Source: a phage. From it: 64,000 nt of DNA. Shown here piece by piece: positions 28,282-36,986 of this stretch (position 1 is the stretch's first letter; every line of letters begins with the position of its first letter). Location of the stretch: NCBI GenBank assembly GCA_018027755.1, contig GCA_018027755.1_4098.1; one strand, given 5' to 3'. A program made the position numbers and the translations under genes. The notes under the pieces were generated by a model. The model was not told the DNA's origin and did not search any database. It was given only the letters and a program-made list of their open reading frames with translations.

Positions 28282-28512
28282 ATGACTAATATGTATATGA
28301 CTGAAGTTAAAACCGTAAAAGATACTACCACGAATAAAACTACTTACTTACAGCGGATCTGCGGTGTATGGCAACGTATCAGCAAATCAAAGTACTTTAA
28401 ATTAACATCATATGCAAATCGTTCGGATTCATTCAGTACTGAAATAAAAGGTAATAAAGTACACCAATACGGCACTTATTATTATTACAGCCTGGACGCG
28501 ATTGCAGTATAA
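28282..28512 (+). CDS. hypothetical protein (76 aa)
   Basis: ORF track; GGAG RBS. Confidence 0.6.
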   Translation: MTNMYMTEVKTVKDTTTNKTTYLQRICGVWQRISKSKYFKLTSYANRSDSFSTEIKGNKVHQYGTYYYYSLDAIAV

Positions 28513-28545
28513 TCATATTTTTTGAAAAATTTACAATTGCCGGTA

Positions 28546-28574
28546 TTGACTTATTTTGTCAGTACTGGCATAAT
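28546..28574 (+). promoter_or_regulatory. promoter (TTGACT-N17-CATAAT) driving an ORF-less unit
   Basis: -35 28546-28551, -10 28569-28574; downstream about 150 nt carries motif-1 and motif-2 and ends in a T-run. Confidence 0.45.
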
Positions 28575-28597
28575 GTATTCATTGGCAGATAAGCCGT

Positions 28598-28622
28598 AGC
28601 CCATAGGGTGCGGGAGTGTATC
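28598..28622 (+). repeat. motif-1 copy
   Basis: AGCCCATAGGGTGCGGGAGTGTATC. Confidence 0.5.
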
Positions 28623-28666
28623 TATAGAAAAATTAGTTTAGTATAGTTACAATTGTGCACCCGGTG

Positions 28667-28680
28667 GGTTAGCTGTTGTC
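28667..28680 (+). repeat. motif-2 copy
   Basis: GCACCCGGTGGGTT. Confidence 0.5.
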
Positions 28681-28764
28681 ATGGGGTATATTATGCCAGT
28701 ACTTGATAATGCTGTCAATACTTTTTTTTAATATTCAGTACTGAAAACTATTTTTAAAAAGTAC

Positions 28765-28792
28765 TTGTAAACTATGTTTAAAGGCGTATAAT
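28765..28792 (+). promoter_or_regulatory. upstream promoter P1 (TTGTAA-N16-TATAAT)
   Basis: First of two tandem promoters before 28943. Confidence 0.5.
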
Positions 28793-28801
28793 GTTTTACA
28801 T

Positions 28802-28881
28802 CAGGACGGGGAACGAAATAAGTAACTTCCCGTTAAGTAGCCCAGGAGTAAGGCACACGAAAAACTCCCCTGATAAAATAG
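28802..28881 (+). ncRNA. candidate about 80-nt leader/small RNA element, copy 1
   Basis: CAGGACGGGGAACGAAATAAG...CTCCCCTGATAAAATAG between promoters P1 and P2; second copy at 39430..39508 before an unrelated gene. Confidence 0.35.
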
Positions 28882-28882
28882 T

Positions 28883-28910
28883 TTGACAATAGAAAGTAAA
28901 AGCGTATAAT
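28883..28910 (+). promoter_or_regulatory. promoter P2 (TTGACA-N16-TATAAT)
   Basis: -35 28883-28888, -10 28905-28910. Confidence 0.6.
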
Positions 28911-28942
28911 ACTTACATCAACTACTGAATGAGGGTTACAAA

Positions 28943-29554
28943 ATGAAAACTATCACTACTACTACTTTTGTTATGGCTTTTTCTGAACTGAACGCAGAAC
29001 AAAAAACGGCGGCTATCGAACTGGTTCGGGATCGTGAGCGTTCATGTGAGGATAATTTCTTTGCTGAGGGCGTTATCGAGTACTATAAAGAAACAGTACT
29101 ACCAGAATACGGCATAGATGAAGCTGAATTGCAATACAGTGGTTTTTGGTCGCAAGGTGACGGTGCATCAATCAGTACTAACCACGTTGACGCTGAGAAG
29201 TTTTTACGCAAGGTTAAGGCGTTAACGAAATATCGTTCAATCCGTCACCTGTTGAACGAGGATGATTTAGAAATGAGTGTAGAACGTTTCCAATCACGCT
29301 ACGCACACGAAAACACGGTAGGCGGTTGCGTTGATACTCGCTACACTGATTTAACTGTAAAACAGGCGGCATTGGCTGAGGATCTGGAAAACTTACTGAC
29401 TGATGCGATCCGTGAATTATCTCGTAAGTTGTACCGTGATTTAGAGAATGCATATGAGGATCAATTCACTACTGAAAACATCGTAGCACTGATTGAGGGT
29501 AACGAATATCAATTCAATGTGATTGATGGCGTAGTAGAATCAATCGAATATTAA
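28943..29554 (+). CDS. hypothetical protein (203 aa), acidic
   Basis: ORF track; GAGGG RBS; only a weak ISTNH motif reminiscent of ArdA, not called. Confidence 0.65.
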   Translation: MKTITTTTFVMAFSELNAEQKTAAIELVRDRERSCEDNFFAEGVIEYYKETVLPEYGIDEAELQYSGFWSQGDGASISTNHVDAEKFLRKVKALTKYRSIRHLLNEDDLEMSVERFQSRYAHENTVGGCVDTRYTDLTVKQAALAEDLENLLTDAIRELSRKLYRDLENAYEDQFTTENIVALIEGNEYQFNVIDGVVESIEY

Positions 29555-29566
29555 TTTAAAAAGTAC

Positions 29567-29594
29567 TTGCATACTAAGTTTAAAAGCGTATAAT
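29567..29594 (+). promoter_or_regulatory. early promoter (TTGCAT-N16-TATAAT)
   Basis: -35 29567-29572, -10 29589-29594. Confidence 0.6.
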
Positions 29595-29607
29595 ACTTTA
29601 TATCGAG

Positions 29608-29626
29608 GCGGGGAGTGGTTCCCCGC
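29608..29626 (+). promoter_or_regulatory. 5'-proximal leader hairpin
   Basis: GCGGGGA-GTGGT-TCCCCGC. Confidence 0.5.
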
Positions 29627-29644
29627 TCAAACGAGGATTTAAAA

Positions 29645-29884
29645 ATGGCTAGTACTAAAACTTATAACGGACACAAAAACAAAACTCATTGGAATGTAAG
29701 CCTTTGGATCAATAACGATGAATCATTATACCGGATTGCTCAAAATTGCATCGCACAAAGTAGAACTAAAGATATTGCTGCGGAATGTATGTACCGCAGA
29801 TTAAAAGCCAACGGTACTACTACAACGCCGGACGGCTTTAAGTATAGCACTACTGCGATCCGTGCTGCAATGGTTGGAATGTAA
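29645..29884 (+). CDS. hypothetical protein (79 aa), paralog of 27601..27840
   Basis: Track ORF trimmed to ATG 29645 after GAGGA RBS. Confidence 0.7.
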   Translation: MASTKTYNGHKNKTHWNVSLWINNDESLYRIAQNCIAQSRTKDIAAECMYRRLKANGTTTTPDGFKYSTTAIRAAMVGM

Positions 29885-29941
29885 TATTCAGTACTGAGAT
29901 AATGGCGGGTAATAGTTCCCGCCTTTACTGAGGGTTATCTA

Positions 29942-30202
29942 ATGAGTAAAGTAATTAGCTATACAGCACTAAGCAAGACATTATCTATTAGCCAGTGCAC
30001 CGATGGTTATTGGCTATTTGATGAAACGCGTGGCATGAATTTAGCCATGCGTGCAAAAACTGCTGAGGCGGCGTATCTTGAAGCATTGGAATACTACCAG
30101 GAACGTTTAAAGGAAGTAGAAGAAGATTATAAAAGCCTCAAAGCGAAAGTAGATCATTTCGTCGGTCAATTCATCGAGGAAGACGACGACAAACAATATT
30201 GA
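29942..30202 (+). CDS. hypothetical protein (86 aa)
   Basis: ORF track; GAGGG RBS; leader hairpin upstream. Confidence 0.6.
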   Translation: MSKVISYTALSKTLSISQCTDGYWLFDETRGMNLAMRAKTAEAAYLEALEYYQERLKEVEEDYKSLKAKVDHFVGQFIEEDDDKQY

Positions 30203-30210
30203 AAAAGTAC

Positions 30211-30238
30211 TTGCAATTAGTTTTCAGTACTGTATAAT
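30211..30238 (+). promoter_or_regulatory. early promoter (TTGCAA-N16-TATAAT, TG-extended)
   Basis: -35 30211-30216, -10 30233-30238. Confidence 0.6.
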
Positions 30239-30250
30239 GGTTTACATCAA

Positions 30251-30270
30251 AGGGAGAAATGGTTCTCCCT
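30251..30270 (+). promoter_or_regulatory. 5'-proximal leader hairpin
   Basis: AGGGAGAA-ATGG-TTCTCCCT. Confidence 0.5.
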
Positions 30271-30288
30271 GGTAATGAGGAAAATAAA

Positions 30289-30510
30289 ATGGCTAATATC
30301 ACTACTCTTTCCCAACTGGAAGCACTGGTGAAATCTATGCGGGAACATGCCGACAAAATCGGCGTACAAGATCCAGCCGTTTGCTTCTGCGACGAATTGA
30401 ATGATGATACCCTGGTAATAGCAGAAGTCCAGGACGTTTCTAACTATTCCTCGCGTTACACTGGCGGCGTAGCAAATAAAGGCGACTTCTGTTTATACCT
30501 TACAAAATAA
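30289..30510 (+). CDS. hypothetical protein (73 aa)
   Basis: Track ORF trimmed to ATG 30289 after GAGGAAAA. Confidence 0.6.
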   Translation: MANITTLSQLEALVKSMREHADKIGVQDPAVCFCDELNDDTLVIAEVQDVSNYSSRYTGGVANKGDFCLYLTK

Positions 30511-30586
30511 CAACGCGGGGAGATAATAACTCCCCGTTACTTTTTCAGTACTGAATCATTTAATAGACGGATCTCGGCACCCGGTG

Positions 30587-30600
30587 GGTTAGTGACTGTT
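30587..30600 (+). repeat. motif-2 copy
   Basis: GCACCCGGTGGGTT. Confidence 0.5.
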
Positions 30601-30678
30601 TCGTCTTGATGTAGTAATTATGCCAGTACTGGATGCACTTGTCAACAACTATTTTTCAAATACTTTTTATTAAAATAC

Positions 30679-30706
30679 TTGCAATTAGTTTTTAAACGCG
30701 TATAAT
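30679..30706 (+). promoter_or_regulatory. early promoter (TTGCAA-N16-TATAAT)
   Basis: -35 30679-30684, -10 30701-30706. Confidence 0.6.
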
Positions 30707-30716
30707 GTTTTGCATA

Positions 30717-30733
30717 GGGGGAGCGGTTCCCCC
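30717..30733 (+). promoter_or_regulatory. 5'-proximal leader hairpin
   Basis: GGGGGA-GCGGT-TCCCCC; identical leader reused at 31039. Confidence 0.5.
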
Positions 30734-30754
30734 TGGTAACTAAGGAATAATAAA

Positions 30755-30991
30755 ATGCTTGAACAAATCAAATCAACGACTTCGAATGTAACGGGAACGG
30801 TAGCACACTTTACTAGTGATGAATCGCGGGGCGTACCCTATTGTGCTGTACATGTAAACACTGATGGCAACTACTGGTTTACTGTTTACGGATCATATTC
30901 CTTTGGACGACCAGGGCATCAAAAAATTCTGGATAAAGTACAGCCAACGGGTAAAAATATCACTGCTGAAATGTTTTATAAAAAATCATAA
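30755..30991 (+). CDS. hypothetical protein (78 aa)
   Basis: ORF track; AAGGAA RBS. Confidence 0.6.
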   Translation: MLEQIKSTTSNVTGTVAHFTSDESRGVPYCAVHVNTDGNYWFTVYGSYSFGRPGHQKILDKVQPTGKNITAEMFYKKS

Positions 30992-30996
30992 AGTAC

Positions 30997-31024
30997 TTGA
31001 TAATAGTTTTTAGTACTGTATAAT
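30997..31024 (+). promoter_or_regulatory. early promoter (TTGATA-N16-TATAAT, TG-extended)
   Basis: -35 30997-31002, -10 31019-31024. Confidence 0.55.
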
Positions 31025-31038
31025 ATTTTACATCGCAA

Positions 31039-31055
31039 GGGGGAGCGGTTCCCCC
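31039..31055 (+). promoter_or_regulatory. 5'-proximal leader hairpin
   Basis: GGGGGA-GCGGT-TCCCCC. Confidence 0.5.
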
Positions 31056-31075
31056 TGGTAACTAAGGATAATCAA

Positions 31076-31375
31076 ATGAAAATTGCAATCATCGCCCTGG
31101 CTTTATCTGTTTCCTCTTTCGCTGTTAATGCGTCATTAGATGTAAGTAGTGAAAAATTCATTCAGTGCACTGTTGCAATGACCGATGAAAGTACTGGCGA
31201 GATTGTATTAAAGGATTTAGAGATCAAGCCGGAAGCATTTAAAAACGGCCCGTTCCATGAAGAAGACGAAAACGGTAGTACAACAATTTATTATGATGCC
31301 AGTACTAAACGCGGTTCGGTCACTGTAATGGATACTGAGAAAGTAACTCATACTGGCGTTATTAATTGCCGTTGA
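31076..31375 (+). CDS. small secreted/periplasmic protein (signal-peptide-like N-terminus)
   Basis: ORF track; MKIAIIALALSVSSFAVNAS.. hydrophobic leader. Confidence 0.6.
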   Translation: MKIAIIALALSVSSFAVNASLDVSSEKFIQCTVAMTDESTGEIVLKDLEIKPEAFKNGPFHEEDENGSTTIYYDASTKRGSVTVMDTEKVTHTGVINCR

Positions 31376-31396
31376 TAGATACTACGGGGTAACATC

Positions 31397-31627
31397 ATGA
31401 CTAAGCGAATTGTTTTACTTAACGAAAGCAGTACTACACAACTACTTAACGCCGTGCATTATGATATTGAAACGAGCGTTAATCTTATCAGTACTGTCGT
31501 ACTGTTGGACACTGGAAAGGTCGCCAATGATAAAGCGATTGCAGGTATACTAACGGATCTTGAGCCTGGTAGCAGTGCACCAATAACGTTAAATGGTAAA
31601 GTGTTTAATATTTTACTCACTGATTAA
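31397..31627 (+). CDS. hypothetical protein (76 aa)
   Basis: ORF track; terminator immediately downstream. Confidence 0.6.
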   Translation: MTKRIVLLNESSTTQLLNAVHYDIETSVNLISTVVLLDTGKVANDKAIAGILTDLEPGSSAPITLNGKVFNILLTD

Positions 31628-31633
31628 GTACAT

Positions 31634-31663
31634 AGCCCACCTGGTGGGCTTTTTTTGTTTTTG
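31634..31663 (+). terminator. intrinsic terminator
   Basis: AGCCCACC-TGGTGGGCT hairpin followed by TTTTTTTGTTTTT. Confidence 0.7.
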
Positions 31664-31861
31664 TAGTATCGTAGTACTGAGATACTTTGAAAATAGTTTT
31701 AAGAAAGTAGTTGACATTACCGCAGAAAAGCGTAGAATGTATTACATCAAGACGGGGAGCACTAAGTAGACCGCCAGTAAGTCGAACGAAAAACTGGACA
31801 CGTCGAGAAAACTTTGATACACTAACCAACGTAAACTAAACTTTAATTGAGGATTTATAAA

Positions 31862-32344
31862 ATGGCTAATGTAAAATCATTCATCAAAGCACTGGTAGCA
31901 AATGAAACTAACGTCGCGGCTGAGATCCTGGCTGAACTGGATAACGATACCATGAAAGCGGTACGCAATAATTTTAACATCGCGTACAGTACTGCGAAAG
32001 AACTACAAGCAAATAAAGCGGCAGAAATTGAAGCGGCAAAGGCGGCCCGTGAAGCAGAACTACAAGCAACAATTGAAAGTATTCAGGCGGCAGTAGTTGG
32101 ATTGGATCTGGAAGTAGTTACAGAGATGGCACAAAAAGCCCTGGCGAAAAAGTACGGTGAAGATAAGCCAGAAGTAAAAGCTAAAAAATGGATTCAAGAA
32201 CGTGTAGCGGTAGTACTTGATAACGGGGAAGAATATCTGATTCCGGTGCGTGGTAACTGCATTGCGGTAGTACTGGATGCGATTAACTCCAGTGGTATGA
32301 CTCGCGAGGAATGGATCGAAGCTCATCGCAAAGTTGAAGCATAA
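31862..32344 (+). CDS. hypothetical protein (160 aa), Ala/Glu-rich coiled-coil-like N-terminus
   Basis: Track ORF trimmed to ATG 31862 after GAGGA RBS. Confidence 0.6.
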   Translation: MANVKSFIKALVANETNVAAEILAELDNDTMKAVRNNFNIAYSTAKELQANKAAEIEAAKAAREAELQATIESIQAAVVGLDLEVVTEMAQKALAKKYGEDKPEVKAKKWIQERVAVVLDNGEEYLIPVRGNCIAVVLDAINSSGMTREEWIEAHRKVEA

Positions 32345-32365
32345 CAATTAAAGTACTGAATCACT

Positions 32366-32392
32366 AGCCCACCTTAAACAGTGGGCTTTTTT
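32366..32392 (+). terminator. intrinsic terminator
   Basis: AGCCCAC-CTTAAACA-GTGGGCT hairpin followed by TTTTTTG. Confidence 0.65.
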
Positions 32393-32619
32393 GTGTCTAT
32401 CGTTTACCAGGCCACCAGCACCGCCTAGAAACGATTCTAACGCATTAAACTGATTATCTGATGCATTGCCCTAGCTGGTGGCGTTAAAGTCGTTAGAATG
32501 CGATTGAGAGCGTTTAAAGTATTTTGCAAAAAGTAATAAAAAGTACTTGCACGATTAAGAGATTAGCGTATAATTAATTACATCAAGGTAAGACACCTTA
32601 ACTAACTGAGGATATAAAG

Positions 32620-32772
32620 ATGAATACTTATGACCTGGATTGTTTTACTTTACAAGTAATGTCAGTATGCAGTAAGAAAGATTGGTCATCAAAGGAATTT
32701 AAAGCAGTTATCGCGTGTGCAAAACACGGCAAGACTATCAATGAAACGGCATCAATCATTGATAAACTTTAA
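32620..32772 (+). CDS. hypothetical small protein (50 aa)
   Basis: Below track cutoff; promoter and GAGGA RBS upstream; read from sequence. Confidence 0.45.
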   Translation: MNTYDLDCFTLQVMSVCSKKDWSSKEFKAVIACAKHGKTINETASIIDKL

Positions 32773-32842
32773 AAAATAGTTTGACAATAGTTTTAAGTAC
32801 TGGCATAATACATACATCAACTACTGAATAGGAATCAAAACA

Positions 32843-33070
32843 ATGGCTATCGTAATCGCTTATGTAACTGGTACTACTGGCACTTCTTCTACTGTTGCTG
32901 TAATTACCAACAAGAAAGGTGCGGAATTACATTCTGCAATGGATACCTGGGCGGTAAATGAGTTCGGTCAGTGGGCAAGTGTAGCATATGTTGAAACCTA
33001 TCAAGTGCCAACCATTAGCTTAACGGATCTCGGTGTAGATCGTATCCTTTGCCTGGATGAATTAAATTAA
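32843..33070 (+). CDS. hypothetical protein (75 aa)
   Basis: ORF track; TAGGAA RBS. Confidence 0.6.
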   Translation: MAIVIAYVTGTTGTSSTVAVITNKKGAELHSAMDTWAVNEFGQWASVAYVETYQVPTISLTDLGVDRILCLDELN

Positions 33071-33157
33071 AAAAGTACTTGCAAAGTAAGTTGGATAAAG
33101 TATAATACATTACATCAAGGGGAGAAAATGGTTCTCCCCACTAAGAGGAAACTAAAA

Positions 33158-33301
33158 ATGAAAACTTGTCAATGTGGTAAAAAATCTATTACTGGTTTGA
33201 AACGGGGCGTTGCTCTTTGTCAGTATCACTATAACGCTCAGGTATGGGGTAAAGAGTGGGCCGACCAGGTGGAAGCAGTAAAGAAAGCAAAAAGTAAGTA
33301 A
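33158..33301 (+). CDS. small Cys-containing protein (47 aa), possible zinc ribbon
   Basis: Below track cutoff; promoter + leader hairpin + AGAGGAAA RBS; MKTCQCGKK...CQYHY. Confidence 0.45.
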   Translation: MKTCQCGKKSITGLKRGVALCQYHYNAQVWGKEWADQVEAVKKAKSK

Positions 33302-33382
33302 AATTATTATCACAGTACTATTGACATAGATTGATAGTACTGGCATAATAGATTTTATCAAGACAACTAAGAGGAAACAATA

Positions 33383-33595
33383 ATGGCTATCATCACAAAA
33401 ATCAAAGTAAACAAATCACTGGTTAAGCTGGAAGAAGTGAAAGAAGGTTATAAAGTATCGTGGTGCGGCATGTATCGGATTTTTACAGATGTTGACGATG
33501 CAATCAATTACTACACTGACACGGTAAAAAACTTTGTTCGTGCTGATGTGGTTATGGCAGTGGCAACACACAAAGCATCGAAAGAAAGTAAGTAA
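33383..33595 (+). CDS. hypothetical protein (70 aa), paralog of 36530..36709
   Basis: ORF track; MAIITKIK..; shared upstream promoter sequence with 33677 and 36530 genes. Confidence 0.6.
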   Translation: MAIITKIKVNKSLVKLEEVKEGYKVSWCGMYRIFTDVDDAINYYTDTVKNFVRADVVMAVATHKASKESK

Positions 33596-33676
33596 AAATA
33601 TTATCACAGTACTATTGACATAGTTTGATAGTACTGGCATAATAGATTTTATCAAGACAACTAAGAGGAAATTAAA

Positions 33677-34021
33677 ATGGCTAATATCAACACTATCGCA
33701 AAACAAAATATCAACCTGTCTTCTGTTGAAGTTGTACATATTGCCGCTCGGCGTTGGTTCCAGGCTTCATATGGTAACACTTATTTCTCTTTAAGTGTAG
33801 ACGTAGAAATTGATGGTAATTTTATTGAAGTAGTAAACGTGCCGTTCCAATATGGATACGGGGATCACTTTGACACTGTAGCAATGGAAGAATTTAGCAA
33901 GGTTATTAATATGGAAGATAAAGAGTTTTTACGCGGTTCTTATCTTTCCCGTTTTTGCCGTGACAATAATATCACTGTTTACAGTTCGGTAACTGATGTT
34001 AAACGCAAAAAAGATCTTTAA
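33677..34021 (+). CDS. hypothetical protein (114 aa), paralog of 40202..40525
   Basis: ORF track; shared GNTY, YGYG and C-terminal DVKRKKD. Confidence 0.65.
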   Translation: MANINTIAKQNINLSSVEVVHIAARRWFQASYGNTYFSLSVDVEIDGNFIEVVNVPFQYGYGDHFDTVAMEEFSKVINMEDKEFLRGSYLSRFCRDNNITVYSSVTDVKRKKDL

Positions 34022-34101
34022 TTAGCTTTACTTTATGCAGATACTTTGATATAGTGTCTGCATAGGGGAAAGAAATTAAATTAACTTAAGAGGATCGTAT
34101 A

Positions 34102-34371
34102 ATGAAAAATATCAGTACTTTAATCGATGCAGGTACTCATGTTCGTCGGTCTATGGTTGCAACCAGTACTACAAAACAAGTAGCGAGCGGTTATCTTGTA
34201 TTTGTGCACGATGGTAAACTCCTGGAACGTTCAATCAATTTTGATGTTAAAAACAATTGCCGTTTTATTATCTTTCGCCGTGAACAATATAAGATCGACA
34301 TTCCAGCGAAGCCCATTAGCGGTGCGTACAACGTGCAATCATTGTTTGAACGTCAACCATACACCTATTAA
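34102..34371 (+). CDS. hypothetical protein (89 aa)
   Basis: ORF track; AGAGGA RBS. Confidence 0.6.
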   Translation: MKNISTLIDAGTHVRRSMVATSTTKQVASGYLVFVHDGKLLERSINFDVKNNCRFIIFRREQYKIDIPAKPISGAYNVQSLFERQPYTY

Positions 34372-34422
34372 TCAAAACATCGTTAGCGGTCGATTTAGGC
34401 CGCTTATATTGGGGATTATACC

Positions 34423-34695
34423 ATGAACGTTAATCAAGTACTGAATGAGATCGAAAGCATCATTAAACCGATGAAGCGTACTGATGCTATGTTAACACCG
34501 GAAGAATGCCGCCTTTATGAGCGTTACAGCGTCGAACAAGTCCAGGCAATGGCTATGGCTACCCCAGCCGTTAAACAGCCTGAGAACGCGTTACAGGACG
34601 TTACAGGGGATTATATCATCAATCCAGTACTAGGGAAGATGGCTGCAATCACCGAAGATCAACAAGACTACTTAAGCCAGTACTTAAAAGGTTAA
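34423..34695 (+). CDS. hypothetical protein (90 aa)
   Basis: ORF track. Confidence 0.55.
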   Translation: MNVNQVLNEIESIIKPMKRTDAMLTPEECRLYERYSVEQVQAMAMATPAVKQPENALQDVTGDYIINPVLGKMAAITEDQQDYLSQYLKG

Positions 34696-34700
34696 TTAAT

Positions 34701-34910
34701 ATGCTTACTGTACAGGATAAGATCGACATCTTAAAGGTTAATATGTATGTGATTGATGCAGTACCTGGTAAAGTATTTGCATACGATGACAGTACTGTAA
34801 GCGATTTCTACTATAGCCAGGACGTGGGGGATCTTTCTGTACAGTCGGTTATTGAAAACGTAGTTAATGCAGCGTATGAGCATTTACTTTCAAATAGTAC
34901 TTGCAATTAG
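34701..34910 (+). CDS. hypothetical protein (69 aa)
   Basis: ORF track; starts 5 nt after upstream stop. Confidence 0.55.
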   Translation: MLTVQDKIDILKVNMYVIDAVPGKVFAYDDSTVSDFYYSQDVGDLSVQSVIENVVNAAYEHLLSNSTCN

Positions 34911-34979
34911 TTTTTAAACGCGTATAATGTTTTACATGAAGGGGAGAAATGATTCTCCCCACTAATTAAGGAATATGAA

Positions 34980-35126
34980 ATGAAAGCATCAAAAAAGAGT
35001 AATACTAAGAAAGCACGTTCAACCTTAGATGGGGTATTCCCTTTACGTTTCGTTGATGAAGTAGTTTCCTACCCGCCGGGCCTTACTCCTGAGATGGTAG
35101 AAAGTTTGCGTAAATCTAAAAAATAG
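34980..35126 (+). CDS. hypothetical small protein (48 aa)
   Basis: Below track cutoff; promoter + leader hairpin upstream. Confidence 0.4.
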   Translation: MKASKKSNTKKARSTLDGVFPLRFVDEVVSYPPGLTPEMVESLRKSKK

Positions 35127-35207
35127 TACTTGCAATTAGTTTTCAGTACTGTATAATAGTTTACATGAAGGGGAGAAATGATTCTCCCCAATAACAGGAG
35201 AAACAAA

Positions 35208-35360
35208 ATGAAACAATACAACGCTCGGTTTGATGTTACTATCGGTAACGGCAAAGGTCAATTCTCTTTCAGTACTCGCCGCAGTTATACAGAAAACTTC
35301 CTGCGTAATTGTGCACTGACCGCCGCACAAATTAAACATTACTTCCAGGCTAAAAAATGA
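35208..35360 (+). CDS. hypothetical small protein (50 aa)
   Basis: Track ORF trimmed to ATG 35208 after CAGGAG RBS. Confidence 0.5.
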   Translation: MKQYNARFDVTIGNGKGQFSFSTRRSYTENFLRNCALTAAQIKHYFQAKK

Positions 35361-35446
35361 AATCATTAGCTTATTACAGTTCAGCGGTGATCGGTGCATT
35401 GATCGCGGCATTGTTAGTAACCTATCTATTCTTTATGGTGATTTAA
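35357..35446 (+). CDS. hydrophobic micro-protein (29 aa)
   Basis: ATGA overlap with upstream gene; MKSLAYYSSAVIGALIAALLVTYLFFMVI single TM-like helix. Confidence 0.35.
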   Translation: MKSLAYYSSAVIGALIAALLVTYLFFMVI

Positions 35447-35581
35447 ATGAATCCTAACGGTTTAATTTACAGTACTCCTAAAACGAAAGCAGATAAAGCG
35501 AAAGCACGTAAAGCGAAAGTAAAGGAGTACATTAAGCAAGGCATGACGCGAAAGGCGGCAGTACTGAAAGCTAAAAAATAA
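35447..35581 (+). CDS. basic micro-protein (44 aa)
   Basis: TAAATGA coupling; Lys/Ala-rich. Confidence 0.35.
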   Translation: MNPNGLIYSTPKTKADKAKARKAKVKEYIKQGMTRKAAVLKAKK

Positions 35582-35584
35582 ATG

Positions 35585-35625
35585 AAAAAAGTGGTTGACT
35601 TCGGTCAGCCATTTTGCTATTATAT
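35585..35625 (+). promoter_or_regulatory. composite element: A-run + hairpin overlapping TTGACT-N17-TATTAT promoter
   Basis: Same element as 1806; followed by motif-1 copy and a second promoter. Confidence 0.5.
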
Positions 35626-35647
35626 ATTCATTGAGAGATAGCTCACT

Positions 35648-35672
35648 AGCCCACCGGGTGCATAAGTGTATC
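35648..35672 (+). repeat. motif-1 copy
   Basis: AGCCCACCGGGTGCATAAGTGTATC. Confidence 0.5.
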
Positions 35673-35795
35673 TATTATATAAGTATTGAGTACTGAAAAC
35701 TATTTTTAAAAAGTACTTGCAAACTATCTCAATTGGCGTATAATGTTTTACATCGCAAGGGGAAACGGTTTCCCCTGGTAATAAGGAAACAAATC

Positions 35796-36137
35796 ATGAC
35801 TATCTCAATTGCTCAATCTAACTTTGAAAATGAAATCATCGCCCAGGCACTGCGTTTAAATGATGGTCGGGCCGAAATTAATTACGGTTTCAATTCAGGC
35901 GGTTGTGAAAACTATCAGTACTTTGTAACGGCTGATGGCGGTGTCCTGGGTATCAATACAGTTATTGTAAACATCCAAAAAATTAATTTCAATGATCCAG
36001 ACGATAGCCAGTTTTACATTGTAGGCGTAGACGTGAACTATGAGGATGACTCACTAACTGATGATCACACTGGCGAGCGGTTAGAAAGTGCATACGGTGA
36101 AGATGATTATCAGTCCGGTCCAGAAGATTTCGAATAA
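35796..36137 (+). CDS. hypothetical protein (113 aa), acidic C-terminus
   Basis: Track ORF trimmed to ATG 35796 after AAGGAAAC. Confidence 0.6.
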   Translation: MTISIAQSNFENEIIAQALRLNDGRAEINYGFNSGGCENYQYFVTADGGVLGINTVIVNIQKINFNDPDDSQFYIVGVDVNYEDDSLTDDHTGERLESAYGEDDYQSGPEDFE

Positions 36138-36233
36138 TATAAAAAAATAGTTTGACAATAGATTATAGTACTGTATAATAGTTTACATCAAGGGGAGAAA
36201 AACTTCTCCCCACTAACAGAGAGAGAAAACAAA

Positions 36234-36446
36234 ATGGCTAATATCCGGTCGAAATTAAAAAATGCAAAACAAGTTTTATTTTCAGATCATGAATACTTTA
36301 ATAAAGATATTACAGGAGTTACAAGTATCAAGGAAGTAAAAGAAAAAACCGGTGTTTTGTGTGATGTGCGATTAGTTGGGACATTTGGGAATAACGTGCT
36401 ATATCGCTGCGGTGATTACAATTTTACACTGACTATCATTAACTAA
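36234..36446 (+). CDS. hypothetical protein (70 aa)
   Basis: ORF track; promoter + leader hairpin upstream. Confidence 0.6.
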   Translation: MANIRSKLKNAKQVLFSDHEYFNKDITGVTSIKEVKEKTGVLCDVRLVGTFGNNVLYRCGDYNFTLTIIN

Positions 36447-36529
36447 AAATATTATCACAGTACTATTGACATAGTTTGATAGTACTGACATAATAACTTT
36501 TATCAACTACACTACTAAGGAATTAAAAA

Positions 36530-36709
36530 ATGGCTATCATCGCAAAAACTGAAATCGTTGGTCTGGATTCTATCATCATGACGTTTGAAGATCAAAAAGG
36601 TATGTATGTAGTTTCCTATGGTGATTATGTTCGGGAGTATGAAACGGTAGACGAAGCCTTTGAAAGTTATATTCGCCAGGTGAATAAAGCATACGACGAC
36701 TACCGCTAA
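36530..36709 (+). CDS. hypothetical protein (59 aa), paralog of 33383..33595
   Basis: Below track cutoff; MAIIAKTEIVGL..; same upstream promoter sequence. Confidence 0.5.
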   Translation: MAIIAKTEIVGLDSIIMTFEDQKGMYVVSYGDYVREYETVDEAFESYIRQVNKAYDDYR

Positions 36710-36810
36710 AATATATTACCAGTACTATTAAATCTATTGACAACGTTTGATAGTACTGTATAATAAGTTTTATAAACAGTAATTAACTTAACCTAAGAGA
36801 GAGAAACAAA

Positions 36811-36954
36811 ATGATCGCACTGGATTCATTCATCGACGCAGTACTGGCAAAAACTGGCGAGGATCTGACCGCAGAACAATACGCGATGATCGAGCAATGT
36901 CAGCAAAACGGTAAATCGGTGAAAGATACTGTTAAGATTATCCGCAAGATGTAA
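36811..36954 (+). CDS. hypothetical small protein (47 aa)
   Basis: Below track cutoff; AGAGAGAGAAAC leader then ATG. Confidence 0.4.
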   Translation: MIALDSFIDAVLAKTGEDLTAEQYAMIEQCQQNGKSVKDTVKIIRKM

Positions 36955-36960
36955 TATTAT

Positions 36961-36986
36961 AGCCCACTGGTTAACGCTGGTGGGCT
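36961..36986 (+). terminator. probable intrinsic terminator (weak T-tract)
   Basis: AGCCCAC-TGGTTAACGC-TGGTGGGCT hairpin; contains a GCTGGTGG octamer. Confidence 0.45.

Larger units (their letters stand above)
28575..28740 (+). ncRNA. candidate small structured RNA (motif-1/motif-2 long stem)
   Basis: No ORF over 16 codons; CCCATAGGGTGC (28601-28612) can pair with GCACCCGGTGGG (28667-28678); terminal T8 run. Confidence 0.3.

Noticed and set aside
28943-29554. Possible ArdA-like anti-restriction protein
   Set aside because: Only a short ISTNH motif and overall acidity resemble ArdA; too weak to call without an HMM search.
31862-32344. Possible H-NS-like nucleoid protein (coiled-coil N-terminus plus small C-terminal domain)
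   Set aside because: The C-terminal region lacks the H-NS DNA-binding signature; the similarity is architectural only.
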